Shown: one piece after another, positions 9,785-18,249 of the stretch
Position numbering within the stretch: position 1 is the stretch's first letter
Layout of the letters: each line of letters begins with the position of its first letter
NCBI GenBank assembly: GCA_046484745.1
Contig: JAWOIJ010000058.1
Coordinates: 3,937-67,936, forward strand
From: Desulfobacterales bacterium
Lineage (GTDB): Bacteria > Desulfobacterota > Desulfobacteria > Desulfobacterales > SURF-7
DNA: 64,000 bases
Reading direction: 5' to 3'
The notes under the pieces: generated by a model
What the model was told of the DNA's origin: nothing
Database searches by the model: none
What the model saw: the letters and a program-made list of their open reading frames with translations, nothing else
Made by a program: the position numbers and the translations under genes

Positions 9785-9932
9785 CACATTGAATACAAAG
9801 AAAAAAGCTCAAGTTCGAGGCGCGCAAATCCCGCGGAGCAGCGTGCCGGCGGCAGTAGAAGGCGCAGCCTTCAGGGCTGACGCCGGCTTGTCGCAAAGCC
9901 ATCGAGCGTGTCTGAAAAAAAGAGGAGACTCT

Positions 9933-10448
9933 TTGGAGAAGTTTTTACGAATTACACTCCTTGTTTTGATCGGTTGCATTTCGTTTCCAACAGAGTGTTT
10001 CAGTGAAAATTTCAGGCTGAGCCGTGTGATCGACGGCGATACATTTGAAGTCATAGCGGCAAATGGGAAAAAGATCCAGATCGATCTGGCGGGTATCGAT
10101 GCCCCTGAAATGCCCGGGGAAAAAAAGATCAATGGCCAGCCATTCTCTCAAAAGGCCTTCAAAGCCCTGTCTGAAATGATCCTGAACAAATCTTTTTCTT
10201 ACAGAGCATACAGCCGTCTGGCAGATAACCGTATCCTTGCCGTTGTTGATTCAGAAGGGAAAAATGTTAATCTTGAGATGGTAAAAGCCGGACTCGCGGA
10301 AGTATATCGGGGAGAACTGCCGCATGGCTTTGATATTGAACCTTACAAAGCCGCGGAGAGGGAAGCAAAAGAGGCTGCAAGGGGCATATGGTCTCTCGGC
10401 AGTGTGTATATTTCTCCAAAGGTCTGGCGCAGAGCCAATCAGAATTGA
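9933..10448 (+). CDS. secreted thermonuclease (SNase-like)
   Basis: The ORF is open from 9789. A TTG at 9933 has AGGAG 7 nt upstream and yields a signal peptide (LEKFLRITLLVLIGCISF). SNase motifs: VIDGDTFEV, IDLAGIDAPE, EMVKAGLAEVYR. Confidence 0.8.
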   Translation: MEKFLRITLLVLIGCISFPTECFSENFRLSRVIDGDTFEVIAANGKKIQIDLAGIDAPEMPGEKKINGQPFSQKAFKALSEMILNKSFSYRAYSRLADNRILAVVDSEGKNVNLEMVKAGLAEVYRGELPHGFDIEPYKAAEREAKEAARGIWSLGSVYISPKVWRRANQN

Positions 10449-10577
10449 TGCAATCGTAAAAAGCCGGCTGTGTGAAACTTTCAACGAACAGGGAGGCTTT
10501 TGGCCGCTGTTCGATCGAAACTTTTGATGACAACGGCTATCGTTTTCAAAATTTTCCAAATTTCAAAGGAGAGAGAC

Positions 10578-11078
10578 ATGAAAGTCCCAGGCATTCGATA
10601 CCTGGTATTCGCAGCATGGATGGTTCTATTTTTGTCTTCATGCAGCAGAAATATCAAGGAGACCACCATCAATAATCTGAATGCACCCCATAAGATTGTG
10701 ATCGCAAGTAACGGGAGTGACTTCAGGGACAACATTCGAGAAAAGGTAATCAAAAAATACAGTGATAATTGTTATATCGAAGTGATCAATCTGGATAAAC
10801 TCCAGACCGTGGAATATGACAGGTATGATGCAATCCTTGTCATGGATGCGATCATCGCGTGGGGCGGATTCAATCCGGAGATGAAAAATTATATTGATTC
10901 GCTGAGCGACAATAAAAAGGTCGTTCTGTTTCTTTCCGCCGGTGATGAGGAGTTGAAATACAGTTATAAGGGCGTTGATGCGATAAGCTCCGCTTCTGTC
11001 GTTGAGGAGGAGGATAAAATCGTTCAAGAGATTACCGGGAAGATCGATAAGCTGCTGTTGGAAAGCATGTCGGACTGA
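10578..11078 (+). CDS. lipoprotein of unknown function
   Basis: ATG at 10578 preceded by AAGGAGAG. Signal plus lipobox: MKVPGIRYLVFAAWMVLFLSSC. I recognised no family. Confidence 0.7.
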   Translation: MKVPGIRYLVFAAWMVLFLSSCSRNIKETTINNLNAPHKIVIASNGSDFRDNIREKVIKKYSDNCYIEVINLDKLQTVEYDRYDAILVMDAIIAWGGFNPEMKNYIDSLSDNKKVVLFLSAGDEELKYSYKGVDAISSASVVEEEDKIVQEITGKIDKLLLESMSD

Positions 11079-11135
11079 AGAGCGGGCGTTGCAATGCTTT
11101 TATCTGTCAAGCCAAATTATAACGGAGAAGAAAAA

Positions 11136-12317
11136 ATGAGAAAAGTGAATGTTATCGGTGTCGGTATGACAAAGTTTACAACACCAAAAGCCCTTATCCC
11201 TTACACGATTATGGGAAAAGAAGCGGCAGTGGACGCCTTGAAGGATGCGGGAGTAGACTACAATGAAATTGAGCAGGCCTATACCGGTTGGGTTTATGCT
11301 GACAGCTGCGCAGGTGAAAAAGTTCTGTATGAACTGGGCATGACCGGCATCCCCATATTCAATGTAAACAACAACTGTTCAACCGGATCAAACGCACTTT
11401 ATCTCGCGAGGCAGGCTGTCGCAAGCGGTGTTGTCGAATGCGCTTTGGCTCTTGGATTTGAACAAATGACACCCGGCGCTCTTGGAGCGACATTTAACGA
11501 CCGGCCGAATCCGATGGAAACTTTTTTTGTAAAATTGTTTGAATTCCAGGCGCCAAAAGAAGGTGCGCCGCCCGCCGCCATGCTTTTCGGAGGTGCCGGC
11601 GTGGAATATATGGAAAAGTATGGCACAAAACCTGAAACTTTTGGAAAAATATCCGTAAAGGCAAGAAAACATGCAGAACACAATGAAAGGGCGGTGTTCA
11701 GAAATCTTTTAACGGTCGAAGAGGTCATGGCATCGCCGCATCAGTTTGGGCCCCTTACCCGTTTCCAGTGCTGTCCGCCGACATGCGGCGCGGCAGCAGC
11801 CGTTGTCTGTTCAGATGACTTTGCAAAAAAATATCATATCAGCAATCCGGTATATATCGCGGGTCAGTCCATGATTACGGATTTTTCCAGTTCCTTTGAA
11901 GATAAGAGCGCGATGAAGATTGTCGGCTATGATATGACCGCGGCGGCGGCGAAGGAAGTATATGAAGCGGCGGGAATCGGTCCGGAAGATATCGGTGTCG
12001 TCGAACTGCATGACTGCTTTACGGCAAATGAGCTTATTACCTATGAAGGGTTGGGGCTGACTCCTGAAGGGACCGCGGAGAAGTTCATTGAGGACGGCGA
12101 CAATACGTATGGCGGTAAAGTGGTGACCAATCCGTCAGGAGGGCTGCTGTCCAAAGGCCATCCTCTTGGAGCAACCGGTCTTGCCCAGTGCTCTGAGCTT
12201 GTCTGGCAGCTTCGCGGAGAGTGCGGGGTCCGCCAGGTAGAAGGAGTAAAAGTGGGGCTTCAGCACAATATCGGGTTAGGCGGTGCTGCGGTTGTGACCA
12301 TGTATCGAAGGGATTAG
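11136..12317 (+). CDS. SCP2/SCPx-type thiolase (lipid-transfer-protein-like)
   Basis: MRKVNVIGVGMTKF start with a GGAGAAG RBS. Motifs: NNNCSTGSNALYLA (active-site Cys), VELHDCFTANE, NPSGGLLSKGHPLGATG. Confidence 0.9.
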   Translation: MRKVNVIGVGMTKFTTPKALIPYTIMGKEAAVDALKDAGVDYNEIEQAYTGWVYADSCAGEKVLYELGMTGIPIFNVNNNCSTGSNALYLARQAVASGVVECALALGFEQMTPGALGATFNDRPNPMETFFVKLFEFQAPKEGAPPAAMLFGGAGVEYMEKYGTKPETFGKISVKARKHAEHNERAVFRNLLTVEEVMASPHQFGPLTRFQCCPPTCGAAAAVVCSDDFAKKYHISNPVYIAGQSMITDFSSSFEDKSAMKIVGYDMTAAAAKEVYEAAGIGPEDIGVVELHDCFTANELITYEGLGLTPEGTAEKFIEDGDNTYGGKVVTNPSGGLLSKGHPLGATGLAQCSELVWQLRGECGVRQVEGVKVGLQHNIGLGGAAVVTMYRRD

Positions 12318-12364
12318 CCGCGTTGCCGTATTGTTATCGGCTGTTCAATCCGGATAGAGAGAAC

Positions 12365-12390
12365 CGGGTGCATCGGGACCCGATTTTTTA
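12365..12390 (+). terminator. weak candidate intrinsic terminator after the thiolase gene
   Basis: CGGGT-gcatcggg-ACCCG (5-bp GC stem) followed by ATTTTTTATT. Confidence 0.35.
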
Positions 12391-12539
12391 TTGTGTCTTG
12401 TTTGACATAAAAAGCCATAGGATATTGCTGGGTTTTTCCCCGTATTAAATCAGAATTAATTTAGGGTTGTCTTTTTAGCGACTTTCATCATAGATTGATG
12501 CGAAACAGAATTCGAACCACCTGAATCATAGATTTATCA

Positions 12540-13229
12540 ATGATTTCAGGTGAGAAGCATTTCGTTTTTGACGCTAAACCTTTTATGGGGCAGGCAATGA
12601 CACAATTTCCAGGCAAAGCGGATCATGTGCGCCGGATCCTTCCTGCTATTGACTCGAAGCAGTTTGAGAAAGACCTTGACCGTCTTTGTAAAAAGGCGAT
12701 CGAGTTCGGAGCGGAAGCCGCGGTCGTTGTCGATGCAGGAGATGTCGTTTTCAATTCTGAAATTCTTGAGCGTGTTTCTTCAGATGATTCCTACCCTTCA
12801 GTTCACTGGCCACTTCAGTATCCCAAAGATGATATCATTGAAGCTGTAGAAGCATACCGGAAAGGCATTTTTTTCAGGGTCACAGGCGACAAGGAAATGC
12901 CGGAGTATGGCGGCAGGCCCATTCAGAATGAGGCTCATTGGAAAAATTACTTAAAAATCTATCAAATTGTTTCCATGCTGGAATCGATCTCGTTTTACGA
13001 GGGATATCATCTTGCAGCCGGATTTGCGGCCGGAAACTGCCGTTCGGTCTTTTGCGCGAATGAAAAAAGATGTCTCCCCATGCTGAAAGGAAAAGCCTGC
13101 ATCCATCCAAACAAAGGCAGGCCCTCGATGGAGGCGGCTGGAATGGACGCGATCGCCATGGCAAAAAATCTTGGCTGGAAGCCTGTGGGAAACCGTTCCG
13201 TGATTTATGGATTGCTGATGGTCGCTTAG
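12540..13229 (+). CDS. DUF2284-like predicted metal-binding protein (copy 1)
   Basis: 229 aa. Cys cluster AAGFAAGNCRSVFCANEKRCLPMLKGKACIHP. Paralogous to the next gene. Start uncertain (ATG 12540 or internal Met). Confidence 0.7.
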   Translation: MISGEKHFVFDAKPFMGQAMTQFPGKADHVRRILPAIDSKQFEKDLDRLCKKAIEFGAEAAVVVDAGDVVFNSEILERVSSDDSYPSVHWPLQYPKDDIIEAVEAYRKGIFFRVTGDKEMPEYGGRPIQNEAHWKNYLKIYQIVSMLESISFYEGYHLAAGFAAGNCRSVFCANEKRCLPMLKGKACIHPNKGRPSMEAAGMDAIAMAKNLGWKPVGNRSVIYGLLMVA

Positions 13230-13244
13230 AAGGAGGTGGATCCA

Positions 13245-13922
13245 TTGTTTGACGCTGACCTGGAAAAACTGCGAAAAGGTTCAATAAAAGCCGGTGCGGA
13301 GAAGGCGATCGTCATTCCTGCTTCTGATGTTATAATCGATCCCAGGGTAAGGCTGAAATGCATGATCCCGAAATGCTATATGTCGGGAAGCTGCGGACAC
13401 TGTCCGCCGCATGGGTATTCAATTCAGGAAGTAAAAGATATCGTGTTGCGGTTTGAGAAAGCAGTTTTTTTCCGGGTGGCGGTAAAGAGTGACATCATCG
13501 CCGCGGAATCACTTTACAAGGCTGTCGAGTCCGGTGTGATGGATCGAAAGGGGAACGCATTTAATCTTGGAGGATACTATATTCTCGTTTTTTCTATTGT
13601 CAAGCTTCTGCAAAAAAGAGCCAGGGAAATGGGATATGCCGGAACGCATGGGTTCGCAGCCGGAAACTGCAGGGACCCTTTCTGCCATCTGCAGCCGCAT
13701 TGCCAGGACCTTATGACAAAAAACGGCTGCCGTCATCCGGAGCTGAGTTCATACTCCATGGAAGCATGCGGTATTGATGTATTTTTGATGGCCGCAAAAA
13801 CCGGTTGGGACCACTACCCGATCGGAGGTTCCTGTGTGCCCGGGAAAGTGCCGCAGGGGAATTTGATGGGGCTTGTACTGATTACGCGAAAAAATCCAAT
13901 TTCCGGGTCAATCCCGATATAA
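13245..13922 (+). CDS. DUF2284-like predicted metal-binding protein (copy 2)
   Basis: The ORF is open from GTG 13236. A TTG at 13245 lies 8 nt after AGGAGG (13231-13236). Motifs: CMIPKCYMSGSCGHCPPHG and HGFAAGNCRDPFCHLQPHCQDLMTKNGCRHP. Confidence 0.7.
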   Translation: MFDADLEKLRKGSIKAGAEKAIVIPASDVIIDPRVRLKCMIPKCYMSGSCGHCPPHGYSIQEVKDIVLRFEKAVFFRVAVKSDIIAAESLYKAVESGVMDRKGNAFNLGGYYILVFSIVKLLQKRAREMGYAGTHGFAAGNCRDPFCHLQPHCQDLMTKNGCRHPELSSYSMEACGIDVFLMAAKTGWDHYPIGGSCVPGKVPQGNLMGLVLITRKNPISGSIPI

Positions 13923-13936
13923 CGGCGGAGGAAGAA

Positions 13937-14185
13937 ATGCGGAAACCCAATCGAAGTTTTTGGAGTCGCTCTGCGGATTTTCGGGATAATCTGTCGGCGC
14001 TCAAAAAATATAATATTACAATCAAACAGCTTCCCTTCCTGCTGAAAGAGTGGCGGCTGTGGCTTCAGGTAACCCGGAATTTCAGGGAAATAGAAGGCTC
14101 CTGGTCAGGGGCTTTTCGACGCTATATCCGAATGTTTACAAACAGGCCGGATAGAAAGTGTGATCCGTTCATGGAAAGCGATTAG
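13937..14185 (+). CDS. small hypothetical protein (82 aa)
   Basis: ATG 13937 with a GGAGG RBS. It fills the gap between copy 2 and the ADH and ends 1 nt before the ADH start. I recognised no family. Confidence 0.45.
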   Translation: MRKPNRSFWSRSADFRDNLSALKKYNITIKQLPFLLKEWRLWLQVTRNFREIEGSWSGAFRRYIRMFTNRPDRKCDPFMESD

Positions 14186-14186
14186 C

Positions 14187-15386
14187 ATGAAAGCCATTTA
14201 TTTTGATATCAGCATCCCTAAAATACTCATAACCAAATCGTTATCAACAATTTTTCCGTCCATCTGCTTCTCTTCGTTTTCACCTGTCGGTTTCGGAGAA
14301 TTCAGGGACCAGAGTCTTCCCGGAAAAGGATGGGTTCGGGTTGAGAACATCCTTGCCGGGATATGCGGCACAGACATTTCAATGTTTTTTGTTCAAGCAC
14401 ATCCTTCCATCTCGATCGCCGCTCTGCCTGGTGTGCCTCGGGTTTTTCTGGGACATGAGATCATCGGAAGGGTTGTCGAAAAAGGTGACGGCGTAACCGA
14501 TCTTTCCGTGGGAGATCGGGTTACCCTGCAGTCCTATCTTCCGTGCTGTTCCATCAAGGAGATTGATCCGCCCTGTGATTCATGCCGGAACGGAAATTAC
14601 AACACCTGTGAGAATTTTTCAGTAGGCGAGTTGCCGAAAAATCTTGGAGCCGGTTTTGGAGACCGGTTCATTGCCCACCATTCCCAGCTCGTAAAAGTCC
14701 CGGATGAAATATCGGATGAAGATGCCGTGCTGATCGAGCCTGCTGCCGTTTCCCTTCACGCGGTACTCAAAAGGTCTCCCGGGCAGGGTGAAAATGTTCT
14801 GGTTATCGGAGCGGGTACGATCGGTTTGAATGTAATACAGTTTGCAAAAGCCATAAGCCCCGGATGCACCATTTTTCTGATGGAGAAAATTGATTTCAAG
14901 AAGGCGCTTGCTTTAGAGCTTGGCGCGGACCATTTGCTGGAGGGTGATCCATATTCGGAGGTCGCTGATGCGACCGGGGGAAAACTTTACAGGGGGCCGC
15001 TAGGCAACAACAATATTCTGGGGGGATTTGATCTGATCTATGATTGTGTCGGGCATTCGCGGACAATACATGACTCCTTGAGATGGCTGAAGGCAAGGGG
15101 GGATTACGTCATGATTGGAAACCAGCTCACTCCTGTTTCCTTTGACCAAACCCCGATATGGCATCAGGAGCTGAAGGTGATCGGTGTTAACTCGCACGGC
15201 GCTGAGGTGTTCAACGGAAGAAAAACAAGCAGCTTTGACCTTGCCATGGAGATGATGCAACAGGATAAAGTCAAACTGAAAAACTTTATTACGCACCGGT
15301 TTCCTCTGAATGAATACCGGCAGGCCTTCAAGCTTCTTCGAAACGCTTCCGATAAGATCGTCAAGGTTGTTTTTGAAATCCAATAG
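14187..15386 (+). CDS. zinc-dependent medium-chain alcohol dehydrogenase family protein
   Basis: MKAIYFD start. Motifs: GICGTDISMF, GHEIIGRVVEKG, structural-Zn Cys cluster CCSIKEIDPPCDSCRNGNYNTC, Rossmann loop VLVIGAGTIGL. Confidence 0.88.
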   Translation: MKAIYFDISIPKILITKSLSTIFPSICFSSFSPVGFGEFRDQSLPGKGWVRVENILAGICGTDISMFFVQAHPSISIAALPGVPRVFLGHEIIGRVVEKGDGVTDLSVGDRVTLQSYLPCCSIKEIDPPCDSCRNGNYNTCENFSVGELPKNLGAGFGDRFIAHHSQLVKVPDEISDEDAVLIEPAAVSLHAVLKRSPGQGENVLVIGAGTIGLNVIQFAKAISPGCTIFLMEKIDFKKALALELGADHLLEGDPYSEVADATGGKLYRGPLGNNNILGGFDLIYDCVGHSRTIHDSLRWLKARGDYVMIGNQLTPVSFDQTPIWHQELKVIGVNSHGAEVFNGRKTSSFDLAMEMMQQDKVKLKNFITHRFPLNEYRQAFKLLRNASDKIVKVVFEIQ

Positions 15387-15562
15387 GCCGGAGACGGTCT
15401 GTTCGATCTCCGGCATTTTTCCCATCATTGTCGTTAGGTGTAAAGTTTATAAAAATATTGACACATGAGTCAAAAGCTGCAAATTATACATTAGCTTGAG
15501 TCAAAAGGCGGTTTTCTTTCTGCTCCATCTTGTCCCTGATTTCAACGCAAAGGTAATGTGCA

Positions 15563-17017
15563 ATGTCAATGGACCTGTATACCCTGAAGTATGGACTTTT
15601 TGCTGATGCACCGGATCTGGTGGATAACCTCCCGGCGCTTGGAAAGCTGAAAAAGGCATATCCGAAATATATTAAACGGGCGGAAGAGGCCCAGTGCCTG
15701 GCAAGAAAGTTTGCACGGGAAGAGATGCTCCCAAAGGTGCTTGAAATCGATACAAAGTGCGGCAAGGACCCAAAATATATGGACTGGGAGCTGTGGCGCA
15801 GGGCAAATGATGCCCGGCTCAATATCTCGCCGATACCGGAAAAGTTGGGAGGGCTGGGATGGAGCGCACTGGACAATGCCGTCCTTGTTGAGGAGCTGTC
15901 CAGTGTATGCATTGCCAGTGCGGCCAATATTACATTCAACACTTTCGGGCTTCTTGGCGCCCTTGTGGAGTGCAGGACAGGAACCGTGCTGAAGATTATC
16001 AAGATGATGGTTGATGCCCAGCAGAAAGGAAAACCGCTATTCTGGTCATGGGCGATCACCGAGCCGGGCGCCGGAACGGATGTGGAGGACGGAGAAGCCA
16101 TGGCGACGATGAGACCTTCCTCCAATGCCAGGAAGGTATCGGGTGGGTATATCCTCAACGGGACAAAATGTTTCATTACAAATGGAAGTATTGCAGACTA
16201 TGTAATTGCGACCGTTCCGCTGGATGTTTCAAACCCCAGAGAGTCCATGGCGACTTTTTTTGTGCCGGCTGATTCAGCTGGTTTTTCTGTCGGGCGCGTG
16301 GAAAGGAAATGCGGACAGAAAGCCAGTCAGACAGCCGAACTTTTTTTCAGCGATCTGTTTGTGCCTGACGAAAATCTTTGGGAGCCGCCGGGACGAGGCC
16401 TGCGTCATACAAGAGAGATTCTCTCCATCACACGAGGGTATATAGGCCTCTGTGGATCTGCAATCGCAAGCGGGGCGCTCCAGCGTTGTATCCAGTTCGC
16501 GAATCGGAAAAAGGTTAAAAATCACCGTCTGATCGAGGAGGATTGGGTAAAATTCGCGATTTCCGATATGCTGAAGGATATCATGGCGGTTCGCGCCGCG
16601 TGCTATAACTTTGCGCTGGCCATGGATACCTATCACGTATGGAGTCTGTTTGATAAAATTCCGATCAAGGCCTCCCTTGCGGTTCTTCCTGAAAAGTTCA
16701 TATTGGGAGAGTCTGTTCTTGAGATCGCACAGAATCGGATGGTGGGTTCGGCGGGCACTAAATACAAGGGCAGTATTGTTACAGATGATCTGGTTGAAAT
16801 GTTCGTGAAAGAAGGATCAGCTCTCAAGGTTGCCGGAACCGACCTGGCCATGAAAGTAAGCGCCAGAGTCCTCGATGTGGTAGGCCTTGACGGGATGTCC
16901 TATCAGTATGGAATTGAAAAATACTTCAGGGACGCGAAGGTTACGCAAATATATGAAGGTTCCAATCAGGCAAACCGGATCGACCTTTTTAACAATGCGA
17001 TCGGTGAAATGATATAG
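15563..17017 (+). CDS. acyl-CoA dehydrogenase (catalytic-type subunit)
   Basis: 484 aa. Motifs: FSWAITEPGAGTDV, TKCFITNG, and C-terminal DAKVTQIYEGSNQ with the canonical catalytic Glu (codon 16955-16957). Confidence 0.9.
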   Translation: MSMDLYTLKYGLFADAPDLVDNLPALGKLKKAYPKYIKRAEEAQCLARKFAREEMLPKVLEIDTKCGKDPKYMDWELWRRANDARLNISPIPEKLGGLGWSALDNAVLVEELSSVCIASAANITFNTFGLLGALVECRTGTVLKIIKMMVDAQQKGKPLFWSWAITEPGAGTDVEDGEAMATMRPSSNARKVSGGYILNGTKCFITNGSIADYVIATVPLDVSNPRESMATFFVPADSAGFSVGRVERKCGQKASQTAELFFSDLFVPDENLWEPPGRGLRHTREILSITRGYIGLCGSAIASGALQRCIQFANRKKVKNHRLIEEDWVKFAISDMLKDIMAVRAACYNFALAMDTYHVWSLFDKIPIKASLAVLPEKFILGESVLEIAQNRMVGSAGTKYKGSIVTDDLVEMFVKEGSALKVAGTDLAMKVSARVLDVVGLDGMSYQYGIEKYFRDAKVTQIYEGSNQANRIDLFNNAIGEMI

Positions 17018-17077
17018 AAGTAGATTTCCGATGCGGCTTATCTGTTGTTGTTCCTTTCAGCTTTGGAGAATCAGGGA

Positions 17078-18199
17078 ATGTCTTTCAAAGAGCTCAATGA
17101 GATATTAACGGAATGCAGAAAATTTGCTAAAAATGAAATCAGGGATCAAGCCCTCGATGCCGATCTTGCTCCCGACATGGCATGGGTTAAGGGTATCTGG
17201 TCCAAGAGCGTGCAACTGGACATTCCATCGCTTCTAATCCCGGAGGCTTATGACGGAGCCGGTTATTCCCCGTTTTGCTGCGCGCTGGTGCTCGATGCGC
17301 TCGCATCCGAATGCGCGGGCGTTGCATCCATATTTGCTCACCATTTTGCTGCCTGTATTCCGCTTATCCATTCCGACATGAACCAGTGCGAAAAATATAT
17401 CAGGCGGATTTCCGGCGCAGGGAGAAATCATGCAATGCCGGCATCTGTAGTTTTTCCTTCCAATATGGAAGAGGAAAATATCATTCTGGCGCAAAAAGAG
17501 GGCAGGCCTATTCTTTCCGGAACAAGCCAGCTCACCGGAAATACGGATGCGGCAGGCTTATTTTGCGTTTTTGCCGAAGATCCTGAAAACGATGACGGGT
17601 TAACCTGTGTCATACTCGAAAAAAATACCCCGGGGGTCTCTTTTGGGGAGGATGCAAAACTTCCGGGCTTGAAGGTCAATTCGTTCAGGCGGATAACCTG
17701 TGAAGATGTGGAGATAGCCCCTGAAGCGATTATTGGAGAACAGGGCGGCAGCCTGAATCTGATGAAAAAGGCACAGGGCGCTTTTTACGGATTTATCGCG
17801 GCAATGGCCATGGGAAGTTCCCGCACCGCATACAAAAAAGCCTTTGCGTATGCCGGGGAACGGTATCAGTACGGGAAAATGATCATAGAGCATCAGGAGA
17901 TTCAGAGAATGCTCGGAAGCATGCTGATGAAGCTGGGCATGGGGACGTCCGGATATACCCATTTGTATCATGAAGAAAAGCTGAATCTTCCGTTTTCATC
18001 ATCAGACCCCATGCTGGCAAAAGCGTTTTGCACGGATGCGGCGCTGGAAATTATACTGGATGCTATCCAAATCCATGGCGGATACGGGTATATGCATGAG
18101 TACGGGCTGGAAAAAATCATGCGTGACATCAAAGTACTTCAGCTTCTGGGCGGAAGCAATCCGTACCACCACGTTCAGATCATTGCAGACAGGTACTGA
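17078..18199 (+). CDS. acyl-CoA dehydrogenase-family protein lacking the canonical catalytic Glu
   Basis: MSFKELNEIL start (GGAGAA RBS). ACAD fold: ERYQYGKMIIEHQEIQ, IQIHGGYGYMHEY. The aligned catalytic position reads VLQLLGGSNP, with Gly at 18149-18151 where the partner has Glu. Confidence 0.85.
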   Translation: MSFKELNEILTECRKFAKNEIRDQALDADLAPDMAWVKGIWSKSVQLDIPSLLIPEAYDGAGYSPFCCALVLDALASECAGVASIFAHHFAACIPLIHSDMNQCEKYIRRISGAGRNHAMPASVVFPSNMEEENIILAQKEGRPILSGTSQLTGNTDAAGLFCVFAEDPENDDGLTCVILEKNTPGVSFGEDAKLPGLKVNSFRRITCEDVEIAPEAIIGEQGGSLNLMKKAQGAFYGFIAAMAMGSSRTAYKKAFAYAGERYQYGKMIIEHQEIQRMLGSMLMKLGMGTSGYTHLYHEEKLNLPFSSSDPMLAKAFCTDAALEIILDAIQIHGGYGYMHEYGLEKIMRDIKVLQLLGGSNPYHHVQIIADRY

Positions 18200-18249
18200 T
18201 CCGAAGAATTTTCAGGATTTCATACCAGATCCGGCAAAAGGAAACAAAA

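Noticed and set aside
9789-9932. Extended N-terminus of the nuclease ORF (start at 9789)
   Set aside because: It would place 48 Ala/Arg-rich residues in front of an otherwise N-terminal signal peptide. The TTG at 9933 has an AGGAG RBS. For the same reason I trimmed the starts of the ORFs listed at 10500, 11094, 14160, 17045, 42212 (minus strand), 43290 (minus strand), 45739 and 54151.
15484-16176. 230-aa minus-strand ORF inside the first acyl-CoA dehydrogenase gene
   Set aside because: It is antisense to a gene with clear ACAD motifs. It is Ser/Ala/Phe-rich with no recognisable motif, typical of shadow ORFs. The same reasoning applies to 16274..16636, 17600..17971, 24737..25249, 25277..25774, 38300..38895, 39445..39963, 39818..40615, 58687..59373, 61410..61946 and 62868..63563.
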